DNA of 64,000 bases from assembly GCF_009914755.1 (NCBI RefSeq), contig NC_060941.1; one strand, 5' to 3'. The stretch is from the human T2T-CHM13v2.0 reference genome, Homo sapiens. Below, in pieces: positions 30,713-52,093 of this stretch. How positions within the stretch are numbered: the first letter of the stretch is position 1; the number at the start of each line of letters is the position of its first letter. The notes below the pieces were generated by a model. It ran no database searches and was not told the DNA's origin. It saw nothing but the letters and a program-made list of their open reading frames with translations. The position numbers were made by a program, and so were the translations under genes.

Positions 30713-32559
30713 CAACATCTTCCAGGAGCAAACACCTTCCTGGGGACTATGAAGGACTTTCACTAAATAGCACAGAGCAAAATTTGGAACTACCTCTACC
30801 TTCACTTGGATATTGATGGCTCCTTGCTTTGCACCTCTGTCAAGGTCAGAGTCTGGAAGGTGAGGGATGAGGACTGTCCCCAAAGCCTCCCCAAAATTAC
30901 AGTTCAGAAAGAAATTCTTGCTATTTCTCTGACAGCCTGTCTGACTGGGGGAGCAGGGAGCAGAGGGTCTCTAGCTGGGGGGCGTGGGTGCAGCCCTTGG
31001 ACCTGGCCCTGACTTGCTAGGTGACTTTGGGGAACTCCCTGGGCTTCAGACACCCTCAGGGCCCCCTCGGGCCCCCTGGCTCTGTGTTGGCAAATTCTTG
31101 GCTCCCAGGTGAGCCTGGGTCAAGCCACGGCCTCCCTACCCCAGCCTCCACTGCCACCTCCACCCCGCGGTTCCCATGGCGGCGGCCCGTGGTTCTCTGT
31201 TTACTCAGCTCTCTGTGATTTTTCCATAACCGGCCATCGAGAACACAATGCCAGCTTCCCCCCAAGGAGGTGCCGCAGAGCCCACGCCTGTGGCCAAACA
31301 GCGGATGTGACTTTCCAGCCGGGGCAGACACTGACACCAGGCATCTCAGACTCCCGTGGTCCCTCCTGGACCAAGACCTCAGCTTTCTGAAAGGGGGTGC
31401 AGAAAGCCAGGCTGGCCTGGGGTTCCATCCTCAGAAACATGTGTGAAACCCTGAGCAAGTCGCTTTCCCTCTGAGATGACGATAGGGCTGTGAAATGGGT
31501 CGCATCCCGCATGCAATTCTAAAAGCCCACAACCTTGAAGGGCCCGCCTCAGCTCTTCCCAAAGAGGCAGCCCTGCAGCCCCTGCCCCAGCAGCCCCAGA
31601 CACAAAGGGTCCGGGACTCCGGCAGCGAACATTTCCTGCCAGAGCCGGCTCTGGGCCAAGCACAGCCTGGCCACGCTCAGGTCAAACCAATAGTGTGGCC
31701 TTTGCCCTCGGTCTCCTGTCCTGGGCCAGGAGCAGACCTGGGTTAAAACAGCGAGTCACAGATCCGAACCGTCACTGGGTTCTCTACTCCCAAAGGGATA
31801 CACCCCCATTGGGAACAATCTAACCTGGAAAGAGTGAGAAAGTAAGTGTCATTCAGCATCTCGGGTACCTGCTCCCAGATGTTCCCAGGCACGTGCTGCT
31901 CACCCACACCTGGCATGCAGCATGTGCTAAAAATAGCTCCAGTCTGAGCATGCTGCATGACTGAACCCGCTCTATCCCCCTCTGAGGTGTTCCTCCTTTG
32001 ACTGTCTGGGGACTCAGAGGCTCAGGGAGGTGAAGCAACGTGCCCAAGAGCACACAGCTGTTTGCAATAGATCCAGGACTTGAACACTGATTGAGAGTTG
32101 GATTCCTGAATTCATGAACTTGACCCCTACACTATGTTGCCTGGAAATGCTAACTTTTTTTTTGTTTTGAGGTGAGGCATGGGGGGCCAGGAGCTGAGAA
32201 TCGTTAGCCATAAGCCCCGTGGCCCTCTGAGGGACAGTGTCCCCCAGGACCATCCAAGGTAGGGGTGATAAGGGGCTCCAGGCTTCCTCCTGGCTCTTGT
32301 CTCAGCCTCACCCCAAACCCAGCCTCAAGGCTCTTCGCGGAGCTGGCCCTTCCCCTTCGGCCAGTGGCGGACCCCTCCCCTCCCAGCCAGCCTGCCTACC
32401 CTGGTGCCCGCGTTTGCAGCTCTCTCCCGCCTTCCCCAGTTTCTTCCCCTCTTGCTTCATCTTTCTGCCCAGCTTCTGCCCATGATATCCCTTTCTCCCA
32501 GTCAGCCCCTCCCCACCCTCCCAGACACAAACCATCCATGAACTGGGTCTGGTGTTTAG

Positions 32560-33610
<1,051 letters not shown>

Positions 33611-34090
33611 CAGGGCTGGTTTCCAAAAGTCACAGGATAAATGGTATATGTTATTCAAAGGTTTCTTGGAGAAAACTTTTTTTTGAGACCAGGGTCTTGC
33701 TATGTTGCCCAGGCTGGGGTGCAGTGGCTATTCACAGATACAATCATGGCTCACTGCAACTTTGAACCCCCGGCATCAAGCAATCCTCCTGCCTCAGCCT
33801 CCTGAATAGGTGGGACTACAGGCATGTGCCTCCACACCAGGCTGAGAAAACATTCTTTACATGTTAAAGCATAATGGTTGAGAATGCAAAATTTACACAA
33901 AATGTAGGCTACAGTGGGAGACATTAGGAAGTTTGGAATCTGAAGCCAAGCACTTTCGGGAATGTAAGTTCAACTTTTTGGTATTCTGCCAATGACGGGG
34001 CTTGTGTGGGAGAGTTCCCAAAATCTTCAGAGATTCTGTGGATAGAAGGACCCAGAGGGCTGGCTTACTGGGCGGGCCTGGTAGGGAGAC

Positions 34091-34216
34091 CACAGGCAAG
34101 GTCACAGGCAAGGTCACAGGCAGATTAGAGGCAAGATCACAGGCAAGGTCACAGGCAAGATCACAGACAAGGTCACAGGCAAGGTCACAGGCAGATCACA
34201 GACAAGGTGAGTCACA
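34091..34216. repeat. Short tandem repeat, ~10 copies of ~12-bp CACAGGCAAGGT
   Basis: Read directly; five perfect CAAGGTCA plus CAAGATCA variants. Confidence 0.9.
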
Positions 34217-35261
34217 AGGAGCACACCTGAGGCTTACAGGGCTGAGGACTCTGCAAGGTTAAAATTGGCCTGCCCCATCACCCCATGGACCTCTGGCCTC
34301 CCGCTGCACCTGGTTCCTCGCTCACGGAATCGGTTAGGCCTCTTTTGGTTGTAAGTGACAGAAACACAGCTCAGAGTAGTTGAGCAAAAATGGGAAACTC
34401 TTGGCTTAAGGGAATGAACAGCCCAGGGCAGCTGGCCTCGGCTTGGCTGTGGCGGGGGACAAGCATCAGTGGACTTTCCTTTTTGCCTGGCTCTCCACAG
34501 GCATTGGGGAAGGCCAAGGCTCTCTTCTCCCAACAACCCCAGAAGAGAAAATTCCTGGGACTGCGCCTTGCTGGGCTGACTTGGGTCACACGCCCACCCA
34601 CGGCCTATCACTGCAGCAAGGGAGTGGAAGGCTCCTACTGGCCGGGCCTCAGTCACAGGCCTGCTCCTTGGAGTGAGCTGCAGGGAGAAGAAAACTTGCA
34701 GGGGACGGGTGCAAATGGCAAGAACAACAAGGCTCAAATGACAGTGCTCCTGTAGATACGGGTAGAACGCAACATACAGGCCTGGGTGCTCTGCTCCGTG
34801 TAGGGTGGGCGTGAGGCCTGGCCGGGACCTCGGCCTGCAGGGCCGTGTGGTGGCCCAGGCCCAGTGGGCTGCCCCGGGTCAGGGCTCCGTGAGAAACGGG
34901 CAGCTCCTGTTTGTTCCAAACTCCCAGTGCCTCTCAGGCAACCTGGAAAAACACAATTCCCCGAGCAGGAAACCCGCCACATATTCCAGCCTGGAGCCCA
35001 GAAAGCCAGACCTTGTGACAATTTAAAAACAAAACTTGAAAATGCCAGCTCTCACAATAGAATGTAAAAAAAAAAACCCTGTATTTTCCTTTTTTATTAT
35101 ATGAGTGCTACATATTTATTGCAGAAAAAATTCAAAATACAGATAAGCAAAGAGATAAAATTTCCCATAATCTCAACACTGGTGATGACCAATTTAATAT
35201 TTTATTGCAAATTTTGACAGTTTTTTCTCTATAGGCAAAAAAATATTTCTTTCTTACGTAA

Positions 35262-35593
<332 letters not shown>

Positions 35594-35962
35594 TGAGCCA
35601 CTGCGCCCAGCCAAACTGGGTGACTATTTTTACACATCAATAAATATACATGTGCAATATAATTTTTAACCACCTACATAGTATTTAGAGGCATTGAATA
35701 CATTCCGTAATGTGCATGTTTTGAGGGTGTGTAGTGCTGGAACAGACATAGCTCGGCATATTGGCCAATGATTCCAGTCATCTCAAATTCCTAGAAGGGG
35801 AGCAGCGAGGGCAAGGGCTCTGACCCTGTTGCCAACGCCACTGCACAGAGTGAACCGAAGAGCTTAGATTCCCTCGCTACCTGCACAGCCGGTGCCTGGT
35901 GATCCACGCCGCCCACACTCAGCTTTCTCATTCATTGTCATTCTTGCCAATCTGGTAGGTGA

Positions 35963-37518
<1,556 letters not shown>

Positions 37519-38199
37519 TAAATATTTATAAATCCATTCGTTCAACTGTCAACCTAAATAACAAACAGGGAGAGGCTGTCTAAAAGGAAAAGATTGCCAG
37601 GCACAGTGGCTCATACCTGCAATGCCAGCACTTTGGGAGGCTGAGGCAGGTGGATTGCTTGAGCCCAGGAATTTGAGACCAGCCTAGACAACATGGCAAA
37701 ACCCTGTCTCTATAAAAAATACAACAACAACAACAAAAATGAGCCGGCCATGGTGGCGTGCACCTGTAGTCCCAGCTACGTGGGAGGCTGTCCTGGGAGG
37801 ATCACCTGAGCCCAGGAGGTTGAGGCAGCAGTAAGCCACGATGGCACCACTGCCCTCCGTCTGAATGACAGATCTCAACTTTTTTTTTTTTTTTTGAGAT
37901 CTTGTCTCGGCAAAAAAAAAACAAACCCCAAAACCACCAAAACAATAAATAAACAAATAAATAAATAAAAGTAAAAGATATTTATTATTCCCAACTAACT
38001 GACACAACTAATATTTGTTAAGTGCCTGTCGAGTCAGGCCCTGTGCTCTAATTTGGGCACAAAATGATGAACAAAACAGACATTGTCTCTGCCACCATGG
38101 AGCTTACAGTTTAACAGGGAGATGCTGATACAAAAAAAAAAAAATCCATGTCAGTATATGTACACATTGTGATCAGTGCTGTGAAGAAAGATAATAAAG

Positions 38200-38995
38200 G
38201 GCGCTGTGGAGGACAGCCTCCACGATCCCCCATGATCCCTACCTCCTGGAATTCAAGCCCTTATTTCGTACCTTCCCCTTGTATGGGGGTAGGACTCATT
38301 GACTTGATGATCACAGACACTAAAGCAAAAGTGTTGGAGTGTGACCTCTGAGATTGGGTTATAAAAAGACTGTAGCTGGCTGGGCACAGTGGCTCACACC
38401 TGTAATCCCAGCACTTTAGGAGGCCAAGGCAGGAGGATTGCTTGAGCCCAAGAATTCAAGACCAGCTTGGACAACATAGGAAGACCCTGACTCTACAAAA
38501 AATAAAAAGATTAGCCAGGTGTGGTGGCAGGTACCTGCAGTTCCAGCTACTCAGGAGACTGAGGTGGGAGGATGGCTTGAGCCTGGAAGTTTGAGGCTGC
38601 AGTGAGCCATGATTGTGCCACCACACTCCAACCTGGGTGACAGAGACAGAACCTGTCTCAAAAGAAATGACTGTGGCTTCCAGTTTGGGTGGTCTTGCTC
38701 TTGGATCACTTGTGCCAGGGGAAGTAAGCTGCCATGTTGTGAGTTGACTTATGGAGAAGCCCATGTGGCATGGCAAAGAACTGAGAGGCCCTCAGTCCAA
38801 CAGCCTGCGAAACACTGCAGCCTGCAAACCACCATGTGAGTGAACAGATCTGTTAGCTCCAGCCAAGTCTCAATATGACTGCAACTCGTGAGAACCTTGA
38901 GCCACTGACGCCCAGCTAAGCTGTGCCTGGATTCCCGGCCCACGGAAACTGAGATAATAAATGTTTGTTGTTACAGGCCACTAAATTTGTAAGTC
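38200..38995 (+). mobile_element. MLT1-family MaLR LTR, interrupted by an Alu (38378-38663)
   Basis: Typical end cccacggaaactgagataataaatgtttgttgttacaggccactaaatttg; internal gccatgttgtgag...gcccatgtggc. Confidence 0.7.
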
Positions 38996-39102
38996 ACTGG
39001 GTTTCCCTCTGTAGATCAATTTGGAGAGTACTACCATCTTAACAAATTTAACGCTTCTGATCCACAGATATGGGATGTTACTTTCTGTTTATTTATATAT
39101 TA

Positions 39103-39668
39103 TCTTTGTTTGCTTCATGTTGCTACAACAGAATACTTGAGAAAGAATAATATATAAAGGAAAGGGGTTTATTTAGCTCACAGTTCTGCAGGCTGGGAAG
39201 TTCGAGAAGCATAGCACTGGCATCTGCTCAGCTTCTGGTGAGGGCTTTCCTGCTGCATGAAAATGTGGCAGAAGGTCAAAGGGGAAGCGAGCACATGTGA
39301 AGAAACAAAACCTGAGGGCTGTCCTGGCTTTATAACAACCCACTCTCACATTCTCATGAGATGTTTCTTATGAGTGTGGATGCAAAAGTCCTCAACAAAA
39401 TACTAGCAAGCCAAATATTTGTAAAAGTCCTCAACAAAATACTAACAAACATTTTTATAAATGCCCATGAGAACAAATCCGGTCTCACAAGAGCTAGAAC
39501 TCACTCACTACCACAAGAATGGCACCAAGGGGCCTGTGAGAGTGGAACCCCCCCATGACCCAAACACCTCTCATTAGACTCCACTTCTTAAAGGTTCTGA
39601 CATCATTATATTGGCAATTAAGTTTCAATATGAGTTTTGGCAGAGACAAACCACATCCAAGCCATGGC
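39103..39668. mobile_element. MST-family MaLR LTR
   Basis: gttgctacaacagaatacttgaga...tttatttagctcacagttctgcaggctgggaagttc...tttcaatatgagttttggcagagacaaaccacatccaagccatggca. Confidence 0.7.
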
Positions 39669-40500
39669 AGATCTTTAATTTCTTCCAACAATGTTTCATG
39701 GTTTTCATGCTATAAGTTTTGTACTTCTTTTGATAAATTTATGTCTAAGTATTTTATTCTTTTTGATGCTATTGTTAATAGAATCTTCTTAATTTCATTT
39801 TTGGATTCTTTATTGAAAATGTACAGAAATACAATCAATTTTTGTGTATTAATCTTGTATTCTGCAACCTTGCTGAATTTATTAGTGTTACAGTTTAATA
39901 GGGGGATGCTGATACCAAAAAATCCATGTCAGTATATGTACACATTGTGATCAATGCTATGAAGAAAGAGAAGAATTGGCACTGGGGAGGGTAGCCTCCA
40001 AGATGCCCCCATGAACCCTGCCTCTTGGAATTCAGTAATTTTTTACTGAGTTCCTTAAAATTTTACATATGGAAGATCAGGTTACCTACAAATAGAGATA
40101 GTTTTACTTCTTTTCTAAACTGGATGGCTTTTTGCTTCTTTTTCTATCCTAATTGTCCTACCTAGAATCTCCCCTACAATGTTGAATAGAAGTGCTGAGA
40201 GTACACATCCTTGTGCTGTTCCTGACTTAGGAAGAAAGCATCCAGCTTTTCATTAGTAAGTTTGATGTTAGTGGGTTTTTTATAAATGCCCTTTGTCAGG
40301 TTAAGGAAGCTTCCTTCTATTCCTAGTTTGTTGAGTACTTTTATGATCAAAGGGCTTGGGATCTTGTCAAATGCATTTTCTGCATCGTTTGAGATGGTCA
40401 CATGGTTTTTTTTCTTATGCTATTGATATGGTGTATTACATTAATTGATCTTTGGATGTTAAGCCAACCTTGCATTCATGTGGTAAATCCCACTTCATCA

Positions 40501-46162
<5,662 letters not shown>

Positions 46163-47054
46163 TTAACTCACGGCTAGAAGATACCAGCCAACAGCTTGGG
46201 AAGCCTCACATGAAGACAGAGTGAGAAGCCCTCTCCACTGGGGAATCAGAGGTGGTCAGTGGCCGCGAGGAAGAGGAGAGAGCCATCACCTGGTGCTTTA
46301 ATTTTCGCCCTCACCTGCCTGAAAACCCAGGTGGAAGCAGGGCAGGAGAATGAGCAGAGGAGGAAGAGGAGGAAGAGGCAGGATGGAGGGCGGGAGAGAG
46401 AGGGAGCCGACATCTTTGAGTCCCTGGAATTTAGCTTTGCCTGGGGCTAGAGGCAACCCTCGGGCTTTTCGGTTTTGTAAGTCAATCCATTTCCGTGTTA
46501 AGTTAGTTTGGAGTGTCTTTAACTTGCAACTGAAGAAATCCCAACGAATCCTGGGACAGCGCCTCCAGATAGGAAGTCTAGAAGCTGGTTGGGCATGAGC
46601 AAAGCTACGTACGCCAAGAACCCCAAGAGAGAAGGAGAATTTGGTAATGGAGCAACTGGATGCCATCTGTGGCTTGACTGGACACTGTTGGAGGCCTTTT
46701 TATTTCTGGAATTTTTACATTTCCTTTCCATATACTGTCCATATTTAATGTCATGAGAAGAGAGCTGTGACATTATTTCAACCTACTGGAGCCAAATTGT
46801 TGCATAAAGTTGGGTCAGAAATACTTTCCGCTGAGGTGAGAGGACACCTTGCCACCTCCTGGAGATGGGTAGTTCTAGGGCTCAAACAATGGAATGAAGG
46901 AGTCAGACTGTCAGACTCCTGGCTTTCTGCTCCCACCGCCCCAGAGTGTTGGCTTGTCAGCCTCCAGCTGACATCTCGTCTCGGCACAAAGGGAGTGCGT
47001 AGGAGCAGGGCTCCTTCCCCAGAGCCTCTGGAGAATGCAGCCATAGAGCCGCCT

Positions 47055-47884
47055 TGTTACCAGAAAGGGGTCCCAATCCAGACCCCAGAGAGGGTTCTTG
47101 AATCTCATGCAAGAAAGAATTTGAGGTGAGTCCACAGAGTAAAGTGAAAACAAGTTTATTCGGAAAGAAATAAAGAATGGCTACTCCAAAGGCAGAGCAG
47201 CCTCGAGGTGCCCATTTTTATGGTTACTTCTTTTTATTTATTTGAGACAGTCTCACTCTGTTGCCCAGGCTGGAGTGCAGTAGCGTGATCTTGGCTCGCT
47301 GCAACCTCCGCCTCCTGGGTTCAAGTGATTCTGCTGCCTCAGCCTCCCGAGTAGCTGAGATTACAGGCACGCACCACCACGCCTGGCTAATTTTTGTATT
47401 TTTAGTAGAGACAGGGTTTCACCATGTTGGCCAGGCTGGTCTCAAACTCCTGACCTCGTGATCCATCTGCCTCAGCCTCCCAAAGTGCTGGAGTTATAGG
47501 CATGAGCCACCGTGCCTGGCCTATTTCTTGATTATATGCTAAATAGAGGTGTGTTATTCATGCTTCCCCTTTTTAGACCATATAGGGTTACTTCCTGACA
47601 TTGACATGCCATTTGTAAACTGTCACAGCGCTGGTAGGAGTGTAGCAATGAGGACAACCAGAGGTCACTCTTGTGGCCATCTGGGTTTTGGTGTTTTGGC
47701 CAGCTTCTTTACTGCAACCTGTTTCATCAGCAGGGCCTCTATGACGTGTATCTTGTGCCGACCTCCTATCTCGTCCTGTGACTCAGAATGTCTAACCGTC
47801 TGGAAATGCAGCCAGTAGGTCTCAACCTTATTTTACCCAGCCCCTATTCAAAATGGAGTTGCTCTGGTTCAGACACCTCTGACG
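47055..47884 (-). mobile_element. MER41 solo LTR (ERV1; MER41A-like) interrupted by an Alu (47232-47521)
   Basis: Termini tgttaccagaaaggggtccc... and ...ggagttgctctggttcagacacctctgac match MER41 ends. 4-bp TSD gcct (47051-47054 / 47885-47888). Confidence 0.85.
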
Positions 47885-48110
47885 GCCTCACTGCAAGAAG
47901 GGCTGGGACACAGAAGCGAGCTTACTTGGGGTGGGCAGGGGGAGGGAGCAGGGAGGACTTAATCATGACTTTCCTCATGAGCTAGTAGAAAGTCCTACCT
48001 TTCTTGAGATTAAACTGTGTAGAGTCACCACCTGCAAAAAATTGGATTTTGTCAGCAGGGAAGGAGGGGAGGGGTAGGAGATGGCAGCTAGGGAAGCGAC
48101 AGGGCCGTGT

Positions 48111-48412
<302 letters not shown>

Positions 48413-49674
48413 AGGGCCGTGTTTTGACTTGGCTTCCGTCTGAGTGCCTGGGCTGCTCACTGGTGGTTCCGCATGAAGCCCCGGCGCTAGGTCTGTGGAG
48501 GGCATGTATTGAGCGGGTGAGCGCGCGCTGAGCGCCTCTGTGCTGCAGCCGTGGCTGGGGGCCGGGGCTCTCCACCCGCCTCCCGCGTGGTTCGAGGCTG
48601 ACTTCCCACCGCTTCTGCCTCTCGATAAATGAGGCTCAGCTGGTGGAACCCTGTGTTTCTCTTCAGTTCTAAAAGCTTGGGCTCAACTTGCTTGGCTCTC
48701 TGTGGCCTTCTTCTTAGTCCGCTGGTGCTGGCTTAGTCACACTAGCCGGGCAGGGCTCAGATGGACGCGCCTGCTTTTCAGAGTGAAGCCCCAGTGTGCT
48801 CCGGACAAGGTGAGGCGGGGAGGGCATCAACATTTGCACCAGGTCCTAGAGATCGCCTCGGGAGCGGCACAGGCCTGGGAGCACCCAGTCCTGCTGAGTC
48901 TCAGGTTTCTCTCTGGGCTGAGGGATAGTGAGGGCTGAGGCTGGGTCCAGACCCTGCCTGGGGCTCCCCCGAAAGCAGTCTGGGGCTTTGGGGGATGTGT
49001 CAGACTCTGTCGGGCTGGAACAAATGGGCCTCAAAGGTTGGTTAAGTGCAGCCCCTGCCAAGAAGGCACGCTTCTGTAATTTGCCAGACAGTCCTCAGCC
49101 CCAGAATGCCTCTGGGAAGGAGACAGAGCAGCGCGTGGCAAAGCAGAGGCGGGGAGGAGGAGGAAGCGGGAGGCCCAGGTAAACCTCAGGCCACACTTGG
49201 GCCAGAGGCAGGGTCCAGAGGCCGGCGGGAAGGCAGCCAGTCCCAGGAAGGCAGCAGGCGCACTGCCTGGGGCCCTGCCTTCCTCCTCCGGGTTCCGCAG
49301 TGTCCTGCGGGCTACCAGAGAGGTCCACGGCGGGCGGTGGGGCCAGGGGAGCCTGGCCGAAGAGCAGAGGCCCCCACGGCGCCCTGTGTGTGGAAACCTC
49401 CGGATGGCCGCAGGGGGGTGGGGGGAGAACCAAAGCCCTGGGATCGCCGGGGGAGGGGCGGGGGCTTGGCTCGGGCTTGGGAGGAGGATGATCTGGAGGA
49501 AGGCCTACAGCAGCTTTCCATTCTTTCAGCCCTGAGCCCCCGAGTCTCCGCCTCGCATCCGTTCGGGCGCGGTGTAAACTCCACGCCTGAGCTCCACGAG
49601 ACACGGCGGGGCGGAGGGAGGAGGGAGAGACCAGTCCACACACAGGCGTACCTTATTATATAGAATTTGTACAA

Positions 49675-49680
49675 TATATT
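49675..49680 (-). terminator. ZZEF1: Distal poly(A) signal variant AATATA
   Basis: Plus tatatt in an AU-rich context, followed on the minus strand by a GU-rich tract (TGTGTGTGGACTGGTCTCT, ~49625-49645). Confidence 0.55.
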
Positions 49681-49997
49681 TCTTTTCGTTTGCATATTTT
49701 ACCCACAGCTTAACATCCTTTTTACAGGCTGAACTCACTCAGGCTGATAGAATCAAAATTCTTTCAACCAAATAAGAAAAATTCAAAATCGTAAACCCGT
49801 AAGAAAACAAATTAAAAACGGTGATGAAAATACGTCACTCCTCTCGTTAGGAACAGTGTCTGTTTGTACAACAGGTATGCTCTGGAACAGGATTTCTTTA
49901 CAGCGTAGGCACGTGTTTCCACCTTTGCTCTGCGGGCTTCGCCTCCTCCGGGCCTGGGGCTCCTGGAAAGCGCCGGGACGCGGCGGCTCTGGCTCGG

Positions 49998-50016
49998 CAG
50001 CGCCACCCGGTGGCCG
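49998..50016 (-). promoter_or_regulatory. CTCF-like motif CGGCCACCGGGTGGCGCTG
   Basis: Close match to the 19-bp CTCF core consensus (TGGCCACCAG(G/A)(G/T)GGCGCTA), inside a CpG-rich segment. Confidence 0.6.
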
Positions 50017-50152
50017 GAGACAGAGGCGGCCGGGCCGAGCCGGGAGAGCAGCCGCGGGTGCGAGCGGACTCAGGCTTGTTTCCCGTGAACTGCAGCGAAG
50101 ATCCCAGAACAGCAAGGGCAGTGGGCGGACAGGTGCTCTGGGGAGCCCAGCG

Positions 50153-50158
50153 TTTATT
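50153..50158 (-). terminator. ZZEF1: Proximal canonical poly(A) signal AATAAA
   Basis: Plus tttatt, with a TGTA element immediately upstream on the minus strand. Confidence 0.45.
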
Positions 50159-52093
50159 TACAGCTGATCTTCCTGACGGGAGGATGGAGTACAGCGGCGG
50201 CCACTGCCATAGGGGAGGTGACTCCGGCCCTACCGCCCGCTTTACTCGGAGTCTGGGGTGTGGAGGGGCGTGGGTGGCGCTATCTCGTCTACCTTCCAGG
50301 TTGGCTGTGAGTCTGAGCACGCAGCGGGGCCTCCCTCCCAAGCACTAAGACTTGTTTCCTGTGAGTCCCCTCTTGGGAAACTCCTTACTGGGAGGCCTCC
50401 TCGGGTCTGAGGGATGAAGAAGGTGGGGCCTTCTCTGGGGTGGTGCAGGCAGCTCCCAAAGCAAGGTAGGTTTGGCAAAGAGCAAAAGATGGGAAAAGGG
50501 TTTCTACGGAGCCAGCAGCACCTGCCTATTCAGGTCCCAAGCCACAGGAACCAGGCCAGGCCTTTCCACCAGGGCAATGGCCTCAGTCCTCAGGCCACCA
50601 AGTTCCAGGACCTGCCCCATGTGTTCCCGTCTCCCTTAAATCCCACCCTCCACCCGCCCCGGGATGGTTCTACCAGAACTCTGGGGCTTAGCTGAGAACC
50701 CAATTGTAGGGCTGTGAAGCCCGCTGCACCTTGGAGTCCTGACCCAGAAGGCGAAAGTGCTCTTATAGGAAGATGCTTCCAGACCTGCAGACTTGGGCCC
50801 TTGCAATCCAGATCCCTGCAGACCCTGCACAGAGGGATCTTCAGAGGCCACGGGGCACACTGGGCCATGGCAATGCTGACCTGGTCAAGCTTGGCCTTGG
50901 TGGTGGGGCCCCTTCTCTGGCTCTGGCACTGTGTGGTGGGACGTGCTTCGGCCCAGACACTGCCCCTAAAGGCATGCTCCAACCCCACGGGTCCCACTAA
51001 GGCCGGCACGCAGCCCACACGCCAGACTTGCTTCATGTTCCCAAGCGTGGCTCTGGAGGGAGAATCATCATCGGCACTCCAGGGCAAGACTAAACCCATC
51101 AAAAGAAAAATGTAAAACAGCACTGACTAGAACTAATGTCGTTATTGCTACAAGTGACAGCCAAACAGCCACGCAGAGTCCCAGAGGTGGGTATGACAGA
51201 CTACCATGACTATCAAGCAGAAATAAAATTATGTGGGTTTTTACTCTTAAAATAAGATATCCTCTGATCATCTTCACGGTACATAAGCTCACGCGTGCTC
51301 CTCACATTCTGCTACTTTCACAGAATGGTCAGTCCCCGGTCATGCCCTCGAGCCCCTCCAGGGAGACAGTGTGGTTCTGCTCTAAAAACGTGAGGTGGAA
51401 ACTGAAATATGTCAAAACAACAACTGAGGAACTGCGGCTGTGCTGCCTGGTGCATGAGCAGACGTACAGGGGCGCCTGCCGGCTGTCCCCAAGGGCACTT
51501 GTTCTCCTCAAGGAGTTCTCTGGGAGGGTGCGGCCGTGCAGGGAGCTAGCTCGATGCCTGGTTCTGTACTGGATGCTTGGGGATCACTGGTGGCTAGGAG
51601 GGGCTCTCGCCAGTTTTGGTTTGGTGTGAAAAGCAAAGAGGTGCTCCCAGGCTGGGCAGCCACTGGGGGTCTTGCTGGAAAGGTGGATCTGGGTGGACTG
51701 TGCCTCCCTCTGAAGGCAAGTGCAGGCAGTTCCAGCTCCACGGAGACAGAAACCAGTTGAGAGAGGCCGCTTCCAAGTCTTCCCAGGCCCACGGCTCCTG
51801 CAGTGACAGCCTCTGGAGAAGGCTGGTCTCTGAACCTTCTTAAGGGCCCCCTGCCCACCCTTTCTGAGGCATTCTGCACTGCTTGGCTTATTTTCACCAT
51901 GCTACAGCCTGTGCTTGTGTCCAGCCTACGCACGGGAGCTCTTGGAGACGTGGCTGCTTGGCATCCTAACTGGAGTGGTCAGCTCAAGGAGAGCTGGGCA
52001 CTGGCGCTACAGGAGTTTTCCTGAATGAGGTTAGGTGTCTGCTCTAAAATCCCTGTGGCAGATGAACTAGTCCCATGCACGCCCCACCAAGGG

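Larger units (their letters stand above)
49650..52093 (-). other. ZZEF1: ZZEF1 3' UTR (approximate distal end)
   Basis: Repeat-free sequence after the stop codon, with an AU-rich tail at 49650-49900. Confidence 0.7.

Noticed and set aside
30123-30816. Three ~200-aa repetitive ORFs
   Set aside because: Translation of the stop-free 17-bp VNTR; the same peptide appears in all frames.
40174-40401. Reverse-transcriptase-like ORF
   Set aside because: Short decayed L1 ORF2 remnant, not an intact element.
47540-47600. MER41 as an interferon-gamma/STAT1 enhancer
   Set aside because: The segment that carries tandem TTCCNGGAA sites in MER41B is absent here (minus strand reads aaaaaggggaagcatgaataa), consistent with MER41A. 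Only an IRF-like AAAGTGAAA remains near 47141.
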